A stretch of DNA of 63,996 bases, filler included, from Stramenopiles sp. TOSAG23-2 (taxonomy: Eukaryota): the NCBI GenBank assembly GCA_900128395.1. It is 5 parts of 5 records of this genome, joined end to end, with 100 filler letters (N's around TTAATTAATTAA, not from the genome) between each part and the next. Parts side by side here need not be neighbours in the genome. Positions count along the whole stretch, not along the records: positions 13,380 to 26,641 come from LT649811.1; positions 26,742 to 40,003 come from LT649812.1; 3 more parts are not named here. One strand, given 5' to 3'. Below, piece after piece: positions 21,354 through 32,702 of this stretch. A program made the translations under genes and the position numbers. How positions within the stretch are numbered: position 1 is the first letter of the stretch; each line of letters starts with the position of its first letter. Below the pieces are notes generated by a model. The model ran no database searches, had not been told where the DNA came from, and saw only the letters and a program-made list of their open reading frames with translations.

Positions 21354-22709
21354 TTACAAAGGGCGTACATATTCTACTTTGTAATCGAATTGCATACCTA
21401 ATTCTCCTTTTTGTCCATCATATTTAAATCTGACAGGACTTGTAACTACATGTGCTACATGAATTCTTCCAGTTGGTGTTAATATTGTACCAACATTACG
21501 TCGTAATGTCGCAGGTCCGAAAATGCGCGTAAGCTCATTCAAATCTTCAAAACGACGTACTTCATGTAAAAATGGTATGGTAATATTTTTTTTCGTTGTT
21601 TTACTTTTTGTTTTATTACTCGTTTTCTTTTTTTTATTACGACCAGTTGTAGTAGTACTATTACCATTTGTTTCTTCATCTTCCGTTACTTCCTCTTCTA
21701 CTTTATCATAATATTCTTGACGTGCATGTTCATCCAATTCACGCCATTTTTTAGCAATTTCATTCAGACTTAATGATTTTAATTTCATTTCTTTACGAAA
21801 AATATTAAATGCCGTAAAACCAATAGGTGCAGTTTTGTTCCTTACACTTAAAAGGCGTCTTCCCGTACCACTTGCTTGAAACAAGGAAAGGTAAACATCT
21901 TGTGGCATTTTAAATTTTAATGTACGTTTTTCTTTCACTTCATAAATATTAGTAGATGTTGAACGAGAATTACCAGAAGCTGAACGTGCTAAGCTACCAT
22001 ATATTGAACCACTAATTTTTAATTTAAAAATTGTACGTTGTTGTTCAATAATTTTTTTCTCTGCTGCTGTTAATTTCTTCGTATATGTCGCTAGATATTC
22101 AATATCACGCTCATTTTTCTTATTCTTTTTTGATTGTTTTTTCGAAGTTTTTGATGATGTCGTTTTTTGTTTTTTATTTTTAGAGTTTAAATTTGTTTTT
22201 ACTCTTTTTGAACGTTTCGAGGAATTATTATTTTCCATATTGTTACTACTAGTAGTAGTAGTACCACTACTATTACTACCATCATCACTGTTTCCTTTTT
22301 TGGTTTTATTTTTGTTCTTCATCGTCGTCGTGGTCGTTGTTGTTGTTGACGTCGTATTTCTTGTAGTAGAAGAAGAAGAGGAAAATTTTCTTTTTTTTTG
22401 AAATGATAAACGTCGTTTTGCTAATTTTCTGCGTGTTGCTAAACGTGTTGTTTCAACATTATTTGTTGCATCGTTTTCATCATCAGCAAATACATTTTCA
22501 ACTAGTTGTTCATCTGTCAATGATGTATCAATAGTTGCTTATATGTGTGTATGTGTGTGTGTTAGTTTTTGAATTATATTGTGGTTTCGAGAGAAGGATT
22601 ATTCTAAATGTGCATGATTCAAATATATATATATATATATATATATCAATGGTATATATTTATATTACTACTTACGTGGCATGGCCATCAATCTATTTTG
22701 TTTTGACAT
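21354..22709 (-). CDS. HMG-box-containing protein; 2 exons (22709-22676, 22537-21354), 405 aa
   Basis: HMG-like segment FTAFNIFRKE...LNEIAKKWRELDEHARQEYYD. Intron 22675-22538 (GTAAGT...ACTAAC...TAAG) joins an upstream ATG exon in frame (MSKQNRLMAMPPTIDTSLTDEQ). Confidence 0.75.
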
Positions 22710-23529
22710 GGGATTTATTTGTAAAAAAATAAATGAATACAAAATAATGAAAAAGTACAAAATTAAGAATGATATGATCTGATATAATATGGTTCGCACT
22801 AAATGTATATTGTTATTGATTGTTTGTATTTTATAAATATATATATGTCACGAGAAATCTATATAATTTTTTTTTCCCATTGTTATTAGTGTTATTTTGT
22901 GCCACCGTGTGAAGAAGAAAATCAAAAATAATTCGCAAATTATTTGAAATTCTCATTTTCTTGCTTCGTATAAACTGCCATTAGTCGTACTTAAATGGAC
23001 CATATTCGTAGGTCGAATTCCCTAGATAGAAGATCAAACTCAAGGCAGGGCCGCAATGCTATTGCCTTCTAAAATATCGCAATGCTATTTAATGGTATTT
23101 TCCAAGTCAGATATAAAATATCTCAAGTTCTCCCTGTTAATACTAAAATTTCCCCCTTCAAGTATAAATTATGGGTCATTTGATAGGTGTAAACTTTCAA
23201 AATCAACTGCTTTTCAAAACTGTTTGTTTTTAAAATAGCAATATTTCATGTCCCATTTACACATATAATATAGGTATGGTTGTCTACATTATTAATACAA
23301 TATCCACACATGAATATTACGTCCATATTGCATCCATCATCAATAAAACCAACAACAAATTGACACAAAACATGAAAAAAAGCACTTCGAAACAATAGAA
23401 ACACGAGTAAAGGTACGAAAGCAAACAAACTGAAGAAGACAAAAGATATAATATAATAATAAGAGAAATAATAATAAATAATTATTAATAATAATAATAC
23501 TATATATATATACATATTTATAACCCAAC

Positions 23530-24396
23530 ATGATGCAGGAACCAGCAGGTTTAGTAAATGGCCAAATGAATGAAGGCATGGTCAATGTTTTGAAAGATTT
23601 AGTAACAAAACAAACAACACAATATTTAGAAGCAGAAGAAGATCGTGTTGATGATATGATCAAGAAATTGGACAATATGGATGAAGATGATATTGAAAAA
23701 ATGAGAGAAGTTCGTAAACGACGATTGAAAGCAGAAGCAGAACGTAAACATAAATTACGTCAACAAGGTATGTATTTTCATTGAAACCACATCATATACT
23801 ATATATATATATATACATTTCGACAGTTATATTTTTTTTGAAAAATACAGTAAAAAACTAACAGACATTTATACACATACAATAATATATATATACATAC
23901 ACAAATAAATGATATAGGTCATGGTGAATATAATGAAATTAGTGGTGATAAAGAATTTTTCGCAGCATTAAAGAAGTGCCCAGCAGCTGCTATTCATTTT
24001 TATCGTCCAGCAACAGAGCGTTGTAGAATTATGGACAAACATATGAAGATATTGGCAAAAAAATACGTGGAAGCGAAATTTTTAAAAATCAATGCAGAAA
24101 AATGTCCATATGTATGTGAAAAATTACAAATATGGTGCTTACCAAGTGTTGTTTTAGTGAAAGGAGGCAAAACAAATTATACCATGGTTGGGTTCAATGA
24201 TATGGGATGTGAAGATGAATTTGAAACGGATGAAATGGCATTTGTATTAGGTGAAAAAGGCATTATTAAATACCAAGGACCAGCGCCAGAGGACAAAGAA
24301 CAAATTCCACGTGGTGGTAAAAGACGTGGATTTAACAAACATCAAAAATCATCGTTTAGACAACGTGAAGATTCTGATAGTGATTTGGACGATTAA
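23530..24396 (+). CDS. TXNDC9: Thioredoxin domain-containing protein 9 (phosducin-like); 2 exons (23530-23767, 23918-24396), 238 aa
   Basis: Splicing intron 23768-23917 (GTATGT...ACTAAC...TAG) restores GHGEYNEI..DKEFF. Further motifs HFYR...RCRIMDKHM.IL and KFLKINAEKCP. Confidence 0.9.
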
Positions 24397-24770
24397 GTCT
24401 CTCTCTATAAATTATTCCTTTTTCGACAGAAGGAACGGAAAAAAATATTACGAGATGGTAAAAAAATGATACGAACGATTAGAGAGGAGGTGATGAGTGA
24501 TGAGAGGTACGCTTCGTACGAAGTAATTAAAAAAGTTGTGTGTGTATGTGCATAAAAATTTAAACCATATACTCGTACGATAAAACGTAGTTCTTAAAAA
24601 TGCGTGTGTTAAATATTTTATAAAAAAATATTAGTTTTTTTCGTACACACGATATTCTTTTCTCTCCCTTCCTCACTTATCATCCTCACCCTCATCACCA
24701 CCAATATATAATACGAAGTATATACGTTCGTAATATGCTATGAACCGGTTCGTACATTTGTTTTGTTTTC

Positions 24771-26045
24771 TCACACCAACCAATCCAATACACCAGGTAA
24801 TGGTGGAAAATATTCTTCCCCCTCCCCATCATCTTCGCCACTACTACTACCACCACCACCAATATCTGCTACATTTTGTCGTAAATGTGGATGTTTATTT
24901 TGATTATTATTGTTGTTGTTTGTTGTTCGTTTCTTTTGTTCATGCAATGCAGCTAAACGCGCATTTTGTAATTCAAGTAAACCATCATTTAATTTTGGTA
25001 ATAATGTATGAAATGTTTTGGCAATATATTTTACATTTTTATCATGATTATCAACAAGTATATCTATATCTTCACTATTACTACCATTTGATTGATGGGA
25101 TTGTACAATCGATTCTTCCCATTCATTTGCATATAACATTCTACATGTAAATGGTCGATAATATGGTTGTAATAAAAACAATGCCGTCTCTACAGGATTT
25201 GCATCTTCTGGTAATGGTTTTGGTACTAAATTTTGACGTTTATTAATTACACCATTGAATGAATTATCACCATGAAACCAAATCGTTGCACACATACGAT
25301 TATTTTGTTGATTATTATTTATTGTTGATGGCAATACACGATGCAACATCGTAGTACTTGAAAATAAAACAACTCGTCCACGAATTGGGGAAATATCTAC
25401 TGGATCTTGTAAAATAGGATATAAACGTAATTCCCCACCTTGTTGTGGTTCATAATCATTCATATAAATAATTGCAGTTATTATTCGATGATCTGTACTT
25501 TCAGCAGCAAAATTTTTAAAATGTTTTTCTGCTGGTTTACCAACAATTAAGCTAGCATCTGTATGTATTGGAAAACATGCATTGTTTCCGCCATTATATT
25601 GAAGTTTCAATGGTGAAATACCATTTAAAATACCTAAATTAGGTATATATTTATCTATCATTTGTTTCATTGTATTATCCGTATTAATAAAATTGCAATT
25701 TTTCAATGTATCACTTGTTATTAAATCTGGTTTTACCATAGAATCTAATTCATATATATTATGTTTTGGAAATACCTTTGTTTCATCAGATGGTAAAATT
25801 AAATGTGTATGATTAATATCCATCGCATCCATTTCCTTTGCTATTGTAATTTCCTCCCGCAAGCTAGATATAAAATTGGTATCAAATACATTATCTAAAA
25901 CACAATATCCTTCATGTTGTAATTGTTGAAATTTTGATTGTAAATTATTATTAGTTAAAAAAGGTAAAGTAAATTTTAAATCTTGTAATGGTATTTTAGA
26001 TGTTGCCATTTGTAATGCTTTCATCATTTCTTTATTCATTGCCAT
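24771..26045 (-). CDS. 2-oxoglutarate/Fe(II)-dependent oxygenase (prolyl 4-hydroxylase-like)
   Basis: HxD (FPIHTD), R.ITAIIYMN, GGELRLYP, distal His (MLHRVLP) and the 2OG-binding Arg (RMCATIWF). Confidence 0.85.
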   Translation of the reverse strand: MAMNKEMMKALQMATSKIPLQDLKFTLPFLTNNNLQSKFQQLQHEGYCVLDNVFDTNFISSLREEITIAKEMDAMDINHTHLILPSDETKVFPKHNIYELDSMVKPDLITSDTLKNCNFINTDNTMKQMIDKYIPNLGILNGISPLKLQYNGGNNACFPIHTDASLIVGKPAEKHFKNFAAESTDHRIITAIIYMNDYEPQQGGELRLYPILQDPVDISPIRGRVVLFSSTTMLHRVLPSTINNNQQNNRMCATIWFHGDNSFNGVINKRQNLVPKPLPEDANPVETALFLLQPYYRPFTCRMLYANEWEESIVQSHQSNGSNSEDIDILVDNHDKNVKYIAKTFHTLLPKLNDGLLELQNARLAALHEQKKRTTNNNNNNQNKHPHLRQNVADIGGGGSSSGEDDGEGEEYFPPLPGVLDWLV

Positions 26046-26641
26046 CCTTAGTTATGTTTGTTAAATGTATATATAATATTATCTCTAATTCGGTATAATT
26101 ATGATATTGTTTTTATTTTTTTCCTTTGTCTTTCGATACCACCACTATGAATCGCTATGAATTTATCCTTTTTTTTTCTTCTTTGTCTTTCTATCCCGAC
26201 ATACCACCGCCACACTTGCTATGAATAATATTTTCTATATATTCAATAAAATTGTTCGTCGATTTTTTTATTTAATAATAAAGTAGAACTGTATTTCGCT
26301 TTAATCACAATCCTGGCAATCAAGGTTGGAAAAAGTGCATCTCAAAAGTGCATTTTTAAAAATATTCACTATGAGTAAAATATTTGTATAAATTGTTGTT
26401 CGTTATCGGATATTTTGTCATAATAATTATTTGATATTTTAGTGATTTGATCAAATTCTTTTCACACGAGTATTTGATATAGTAAGTGAGTAATATTCTG
26501 TACTTGTATCCTAAAACACGACAAATGTACTTTTGACCTTAATATAGAACTATCATGACTATAGCTATAAGAATATAGAGCTCCCAGATAAATTTTAATT
26601 ACTGGCAATAGCATTACACAGCACTGAAATACCATATTTGG

Positions 26642-26741
26642 NNNNNNNNNNNNNNNNNNNNNNNNNNNNNNNNNNNNNNNNNNNNTTAATTAATTAANNN
26701 NNNNNNNNNNNNNNNNNNNNNNNNNNNNNNNNNNNNNNNNN
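26642..26741. other. Artificial scaffold linker
   Basis: N44-TTAATTAATTAA-N44. Confidence 0.98.
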
Positions 26742-27511
26742 TAAATTGATATCGTATCATCATTTAAACTGTATTCGTGTATTGTTATTGTATCTTTGTC
26801 TATTGCATGAATTATCAGTGTAACCTGTATTTAAAATAGTATAATATGATATTTTAAATTACAATTATATTAAAAGTATCATATACCTGTACTGTATGTA
26901 GCAATAATGCCATAGTTGCCATACTACCGATTATTATATTTTTTATTATTCTTCCAGGTAGTCTAGTAGTACCACAAGTACTGTATTACAGGAGCTACCT
27001 GTATTGTGCTATATTATTAGCTTAGATTTTTAATATTATAAAGTAAAAGAATAAACAAAAAAATGGTGATGACGCAGTCCTATGTATAGACTACGGAAAT
27101 TCTACGAGTATACGCTTATGTATTATACTGTACGTACTATGTACTGAGAGAATGATATGTAGTGTGGAGATGATTAAGGAAAATCTCTTTTTTCCATGAA
27201 CCGAATTGAAGTTGTGCCTCCTGTGGTGTGCCAGTGTGCTATTTATAATAAAATAAATAAAATAACGACTAAGCGACATATACTGTATTATTTCAATTAT
27301 TCAACAGAAAAGAAAAAGAAAAAAAGTTATTCATATAAAAGATTAACGATTCAAAACAAATAAAAAATAAAAACAAACAAAAAATAATATATACAGAGAG
27401 AGAGAAATTAAACTGTACATGCATATATAGAAATATAAAAGTGTGTATTGATTGCAAAATTTCAAATTGCGAAAAGAAATATTTTATTACAATTAAGAAT
27501 ATATATTTAAA

Positions 27512-30500
27512 ATGTCCTCTAATAAATTAAAAGGTAATAAAATTATTGGGATAGTAAAAGAGGTATATAATAAATGGGAACGTCGTGCACCTTTATGTCC
27601 AGTGCATGTAGAGCGTTTGGTAAAACAAGGTTGTCGCGTATTGGTGCAACCATCTGATCGCAGAATTTTTACAAATATTGAATATGAAAAAGTAGGAGCT
27701 GAGATAACGGAAGATTTATCACCTGCATCTGTGATATTCGGAGTGAAACAAGTGCCAGTAGAAGATTTATTACCAGAGCGTAGTTATGTTTTTTTCTCAC
27801 ATGTCATCAAGGCACAACCTGAAAATATGGAATTATTAGATTCAATTTTAGAGAATAATATACGATTATTTGATTATGAAACTATCACTGTTGATGGCTC
27901 AAGGAATAAACCACGATTAGTTGCATTTGGTGGATTTGCTGGAAGAGCTGGAATGATAAGTGCACTGCGTGGTTTAGGAGAAAGAATGTTGTGTTTAGGT
28001 TATTCAACGCCTTTCTTAAACATTGGCAGTTCGTATATGTATCCATCACTAAACGATGCAAAAAGTGCTGTGCGCCTAGTTGGTGGTCGTATACAACATG
28101 CTGGACTTCCACAAGACTTCTCTCCATTAGTATTTGGGTTTACTGGCAATGGAAATGTTTCACAAGGTGCGCAAGAAGTTTTTGAGGAATTACCACATGA
28201 ATGGATATCGCCAAATGATTTAAAACAATTAACACAGGATGGTGGACGTAGTGATTTAGTATATGGATGTGTCATAGAAGAGGAACATATGGTGAAACGT
28301 GATGATGACGGTACGGGTAAAAATTTTTCACGAAACGAGTATTATCAGCATCCAGAAAAATATAGTCCGATATTTCATGATCATATAGTGCCTTACATAT
28401 CATGTCTTGTGAATTGTACTTATTGGGATCATCGTTATCCACGTTTAATAACGAAAGATCAAATCAACGAACAACATATGGACAAAAATATCAAGAAAAT
28501 GATTGCAGTCGCAGATATATCATGTGACATTGAGGGAAGTGTTGAATTTTTGACCAAATCATCATACATCGAACAACCTTTTTTCCTATACAATCCAATA
28601 AATGATGAAACGACTGAATCATTAGAAGGCAACGGTATCTTAATGTGTGGTGTAGACATTTTGCCAAGTGAATTGCCAAATGAAAGTAGTATGCATTTCG
28701 GTGATGCTATGTTTGATTTTGTCATGCCACTGGTAACGTCTGATGGTACATTGCCATATGAGGAGCAAGTACATGATTTACCAAAGGCATTACACGGTGC
28801 ATGCATAGCAAGCAATGGTAGCTTAACACCATCATTTTCATATATTGAAAGCATGAGAGCTGAGCGTGAACGTAATCATTTGAAACAGCGTTTTGAATTG
28901 ATGGAAGAAACTGCAGGTAATACCGTAATACGAGTAACTGGACATTTATTTGACAGTGGATTTATCAATAAAACATTGGACATTATCGAAGATTGTGGTG
29001 GTCAATTTTATATTGTAGAAATGGACGTTCGACCAAACAGTGAAACGGAATTTAAAAGTAGCGCGGATATACAAATAAGTGTGGCAAATGGCCGGGATGG
29101 CTTAAAAGAGATCATGACAAAATTAGATGCGTTAGCTGATGTTGTACCAAAAGCTGAAGCAGTTATTGCGGAAATGCCGTTTGATTATTGCAAAGGTGAT
29201 TTTTCAAAAACATTGCATGGGGGTGTTGGGCAAGAACAAATGATATTCAAAGATCCACCTTCCATGTCATTTACTGGCAATAGTAATAGTGATGAAAGCA
29301 ATGTGAGTAATGGTAGGAAAAAAGCGGTTGTATTGGGTTCTGGTTTGGTAGCAAAACCAGCCGTAGAGTACCTTTCACGTCAAAACGATGTCGTTCTACT
29401 TTCATCAATCGAAGAGGAAGCGATTAACATTATTAAAAGTGTTGGAAGAAGTCATGTTCAATATAAAACGGTAGATGTTTTAAAAGAAATTGATCTTGTC
29501 CATCAAGAAATCAAAAATGCTGATGTTGTTTTAAGTTTATTGCCTGCAACAATGCATGTGCCAATAGCCAAGCTTTGTATCAAATCGTGTAAACCCTTGG
29601 TAACAGCAAGTTATGTTAATGATGAAATGCAACAATTAAATGAAGAAGCAAGTGATGCATCAATACCAATATTATGCGAAATGGGACTTGATCCTGGTAT
29701 GGATCATATGAGTGCCATGAAAGTTATAGATGAAATTCATCATGACGGTGGATCTGTAGTACATTTTTCTTCTTTATGCGGTGGTCTACCAGCGCCAGAA
29801 GCTGCAAATAATCCTCTGCGCTATAAATTTAGTTGGAGTCCAAAAGGCGTATTATCAGCTGCTAAAAATAGCGCTCAATACCGCGAAAATGGTCAAATCA
29901 TACAAGTACCTGGGGAACAATTATTATCATCTGCAAAAGCCGTAGATGGATTTCCCACATTATCACTTGAGCAATTACCAAATAGAGATTCTCTTCCTTA
30001 TGGGGAATTGTATGGTATACATGATGAAGCAGAAACTGTTTATCGTGGTACGTTGCGCTATGCTGGGTGGTCTAAAATTATGAATGAAATTTCCAAAACG
30101 GGGTTATTTGGCACTGGCAATATGCCTAATGATATTGAAAGCTGGCAAGAATTATCGGAAAAACTTAATATAACAAATACAATACATGATGATGATGCGC
30201 TTGCATGTTTAAAATGGCTTGGTGTTTTTAGTGAAAATACTGTCCATAACAGCCCTAGTGGTGAAGTTGGAGATGCATTTTGTTCCTTACTGGAAGAGAG
30301 ACTAGCATATGGGAATGACGAAAGAGACATGGTATTGATGAAGCATGATTTTGTTGTCTCACATGGCAATTATATGGACAATTTGAGTAAGAAGACATCT
30401 ATTTTTATTGGCTATGGTGATGCAAATGGCGATAGTTCAATGGCAAAAACTGTAGGGTATACGATCGCTATTGGTGCACAATTGATATTGGACGATGTGG

Positions 30501-30598
30501 TGAAAGGTAAAGGTGTTCTTATTCCAACAACGCCCGATATTTACATCCCAGGTTTGTCATTATTAGAGAGAGAAGGTATTGTTTTCCATGAAGAATAA
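27512..30598 (+). CDS. AASS: Bifunctional lysine-ketoglutarate reductase/saccharopine dehydrogenase
   Basis: LKR motifs WERRAPLCP, FFSHVIKAQPEN and ADISCDIEGSVEF. Plant-type interdomain GHLFDSGFINKTLDIIE. SDH motifs GSGLVA, EMGLDPGMDHMSAM and CGGLPAPEAANNPLRYKFSWSP. Confidence 0.95.
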   Translation: MSSNKLKGNKIIGIVKEVYNKWERRAPLCPVHVERLVKQGCRVLVQPSDRRIFTNIEYEKVGAEITEDLSPASVIFGVKQVPVEDLLPERSYVFFSHVIKAQPENMELLDSILENNIRLFDYETITVDGSRNKPRLVAFGGFAGRAGMISALRGLGERMLCLGYSTPFLNIGSSYMYPSLNDAKSAVRLVGGRIQHAGLPQDFSPLVFGFTGNGNVSQGAQEVFEELPHEWISPNDLKQLTQDGGRSDLVYGCVIEEEHMVKRDDDGTGKNFSRNEYYQHPEKYSPIFHDHIVPYISCLVNCTYWDHRYPRLITKDQINEQHMDKNIKKMIAVADISCDIEGSVEFLTKSSYIEQPFFLYNPINDETTESLEGNGILMCGVDILPSELPNESSMHFGDAMFDFVMPLVTSDGTLPYEEQVHDLPKALHGACIASNGSLTPSFSYIESMRAERERNHLKQRFELMEETAGNTVIRVTGHLFDSGFINKTLDIIEDCGGQFYIVEMDVRPNSETEFKSSADIQISVANGRDGLKEIMTKLDALADVVPKAEAVIAEMPFDYCKGDFSKTLHGGVGQEQMIFKDPPSMSFTGNSNSDESNVSNGRKKAVVLGSGLVAKPAVEYLSRQNDVVLLSSIEEEAINIIKSVGRSHVQYKTVDVLKEIDLVHQEIKNADVVLSLLPATMHVPIAKLCIKSCKPLVTASYVNDEMQQLNEEASDASIPILCEMGLDPGMDHMSAMKVIDEIHHDGGSVVHFSSLCGGLPAPEAANNPLRYKFSWSPKGVLSAAKNSAQYRENGQIIQVPGEQLLSSAKAVDGFPTLSLEQLPNRDSLPYGELYGIHDEAETVYRGTLRYAGWSKIMNEISKTGLFGTGNMPNDIESWQELSEKLNITNTIHDDDALACLKWLGVFSENTVHNSPSGEVGDAFCSLLEERLAYGNDERDMVLMKHDFVVSHGNYMDNLSKKTSIFIGYGDANGDSSMAKTVGYTIAIGAQLILDDVVKGKGVLIPTTPDIYIPGLSLLEREGIVFHEE

Positions 30599-30851
30599 GA
30601 TCTTAAAAACAAATAATTTGTGTGTGCAAGTGTATATATTTTTACTCTTGTGTTACGAGGACTATTGGAACTATCGTACAGTAATATTATTATTACACAA
30701 TACTATAAATTTATACCAGCCAGCGTCGTTCGTTTTTAGTCGCTACCTGGTACAGTAGCTCTATTATGTGAAACAACATGATATGGCCCCTTAAAAAAAT
30801 GGCCATTTTATCTTACTATCTAATATGCCGGTAGCACGCTAGCCCAGCTAG

Positions 30852-30879
30852 AGCTAGAGCTAGCCGGCTAGCTCTAGCT
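30852..30879. repeat. 28-bp perfect GC-rich palindrome within a larger imperfect hairpin (30829-30896)
   Basis: agctagagctagccggctagctctagct is self-complementary. The flanks cggtagca (30829-30836) and tgctaccg (30883-30890) also pair. Confidence 0.9.
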
Positions 30880-31121
30880 ACTTGCTACCGTGCTACGTTA
30901 CTCTGGCACCATAGATTTTCCTTGCAGTATAAGTATACTGTAATATAGTGCTACGTGCCTACTTGGTAAAAATATTATTAATATATAGTAGTGATATATA
31001 CATACGTGCATACAGAGTATATACATTAACAGAGTACATATATTTTTTATATCTGATTAAAATATAAGTATCAGACTACATAAATATAAATAAAGTACAT
31101 TAAAGATAGTAAAACGGGAAA

Positions 31122-32693
31122 ATGGATTCGTTTATGGTGAGAGCAAAAGATTTTGTGCCAATTGGATATTTGTTTAAATCTGGCAAGAAAACAGCTTTAC
31201 TAAATACTGGCCTTAAGCGAAGATTTTTCTTCTTCGCTAATAATTGTTTACACTATCAAAATGAAGATACTTCTAAGAAAATAAATGGAACAATTGACTT
31301 GGAAAATATTGAATATTACATAACTAGAAAGAAGTCAAATTCATTGATAAATGAAGAATTTCAATTCGAATCTTCTATTGATACTGACGGTATGATATTA
31401 TTTGGAGAAAATAGAAATTGGATATTGGCTTGCACAACAAGTAACCAACTACAACTAATTGAAACACTACTTGTGCAACAAAAGGCACAAAAGTTAACTA
31501 TTTTATTTGACGGTATGCTGAGCAGGAAAGTTAATCTCATGGTAGCAGTTAAGAATTATGGATACCTCGTATCAAATCCATCTGGGATGAAAAAAATGTT
31601 GATGCTTTGTAAGCTTGACAGGAATTTACTTACGATGACAGACTGTATGCAACTTTCAGAAAATATTACGCAAATTTCTAATAGTGTAGGCGTAGTTAAT
31701 AACAATAATGCAAATCAATTTTGGATATTACGCAATAATAACACATTTTTGAATAGTACCCCTAAACGGAAATTATCCATATTTACGGCATCAGATAAGT
31801 CAGCATTAGAATGGGTCGCCGCTGCAAATTGGGTATCTAAAATAGATACAGCACAGAACAGTAATTCATCTATGAACGGGAAAAACGATGTATATTACAA
31901 CAATGAATTAAGTAGTGAAAATATTAAGATAGAGAAAATGAAACAACGTCAAAAACGTCAACAAAAACGTAGAGACAAAAAAAAAAATACGAAGGATGTG
32001 AGTGCTAGTGCTACTTCTGGAAATGAGAAAACTAGTAGTGGCAGAAAAGTTGGTAGTAGACGCAAAGATAGAAGAGCATCTTCGACCGTAGGAAAAGCAC
32101 GTCAAATGCTACAAAAGCAAAATCGTCAGAAAAATATGAATTCCCATCGTCGTTCTGTGAGTACAACTGAAGTGGATAAAAAAATGAGTCGAATGAGTCG
32201 ATTGCGAATAAAAAGAAGATCTTCCAGTCGAAGAAAATTTAACGTTAAAAACGCATTGGCTAAAAGAATCTCTTCTGCGGGGAAAGATTTATTCAATAGT
32301 GCAGTAGAAAAATTACGTGCCCGAAAAGTAGCTGAGGAGGAGCAAAATCAATGTAAAAAAGATTTTAGCGATTTGCTTAGTGAGAGAGTTGATTTTTGGC
32401 AAAGTGATATGGACAATCCTGGTCAACAAAAATCTTTGTATGAATTGTTAAATACATTAGATGCTCATTTTCCTGAGTTGTTTTCAACGGCTTTAATATC
32501 TGCTCAGCATGATAAATACTTTCAAGCTGTGGATGAAGAAGAAGATGATGTTTATAAACTCTTGCGTAAATATCTGAAGAAAGCCCTTCTAAAGGTTCAT
32601 CCAGATCGTCAACAAAATGCAACGTCTGAAACCAAGATATTGGCGGAAATAGTTTGTCAAGTTTTGCAAGATATTTGGAGTGATTCAAATTGA
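31122..32693 (+). CDS. PH-domain protein with C-terminal auxilin-type J domain
   Basis: N-terminal PH signature GYLFKSG...KRRFFFF..NCLHY...GTIDL. A possible second PH domain ends in ALEWVAA. C-terminal LKKALLKVHPDR (HPD motif). Confidence 0.7.
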   Translation: MDSFMVRAKDFVPIGYLFKSGKKTALLNTGLKRRFFFFANNCLHYQNEDTSKKINGTIDLENIEYYITRKKSNSLINEEFQFESSIDTDGMILFGENRNWILACTTSNQLQLIETLLVQQKAQKLTILFDGMLSRKVNLMVAVKNYGYLVSNPSGMKKMLMLCKLDRNLLTMTDCMQLSENITQISNSVGVVNNNNANQFWILRNNNTFLNSTPKRKLSIFTASDKSALEWVAAANWVSKIDTAQNSNSSMNGKNDVYYNNELSSENIKIEKMKQRQKRQQKRRDKKKNTKDVSASATSGNEKTSSGRKVGSRRKDRRASSTVGKARQMLQKQNRQKNMNSHRRSVSTTEVDKKMSRMSRLRIKRRSSSRRKFNVKNALAKRISSAGKDLFNSAVEKLRARKVAEEEQNQCKKDFSDLLSERVDFWQSDMDNPGQQKSLYELLNTLDAHFPELFSTALISAQHDKYFQAVDEEEDDVYKLLRKYLKKALLKVHPDRQQNATSETKILAEIVCQVLQDIWSDSN

Positions 32694-32702
32694 AATTCAT
32701 TT

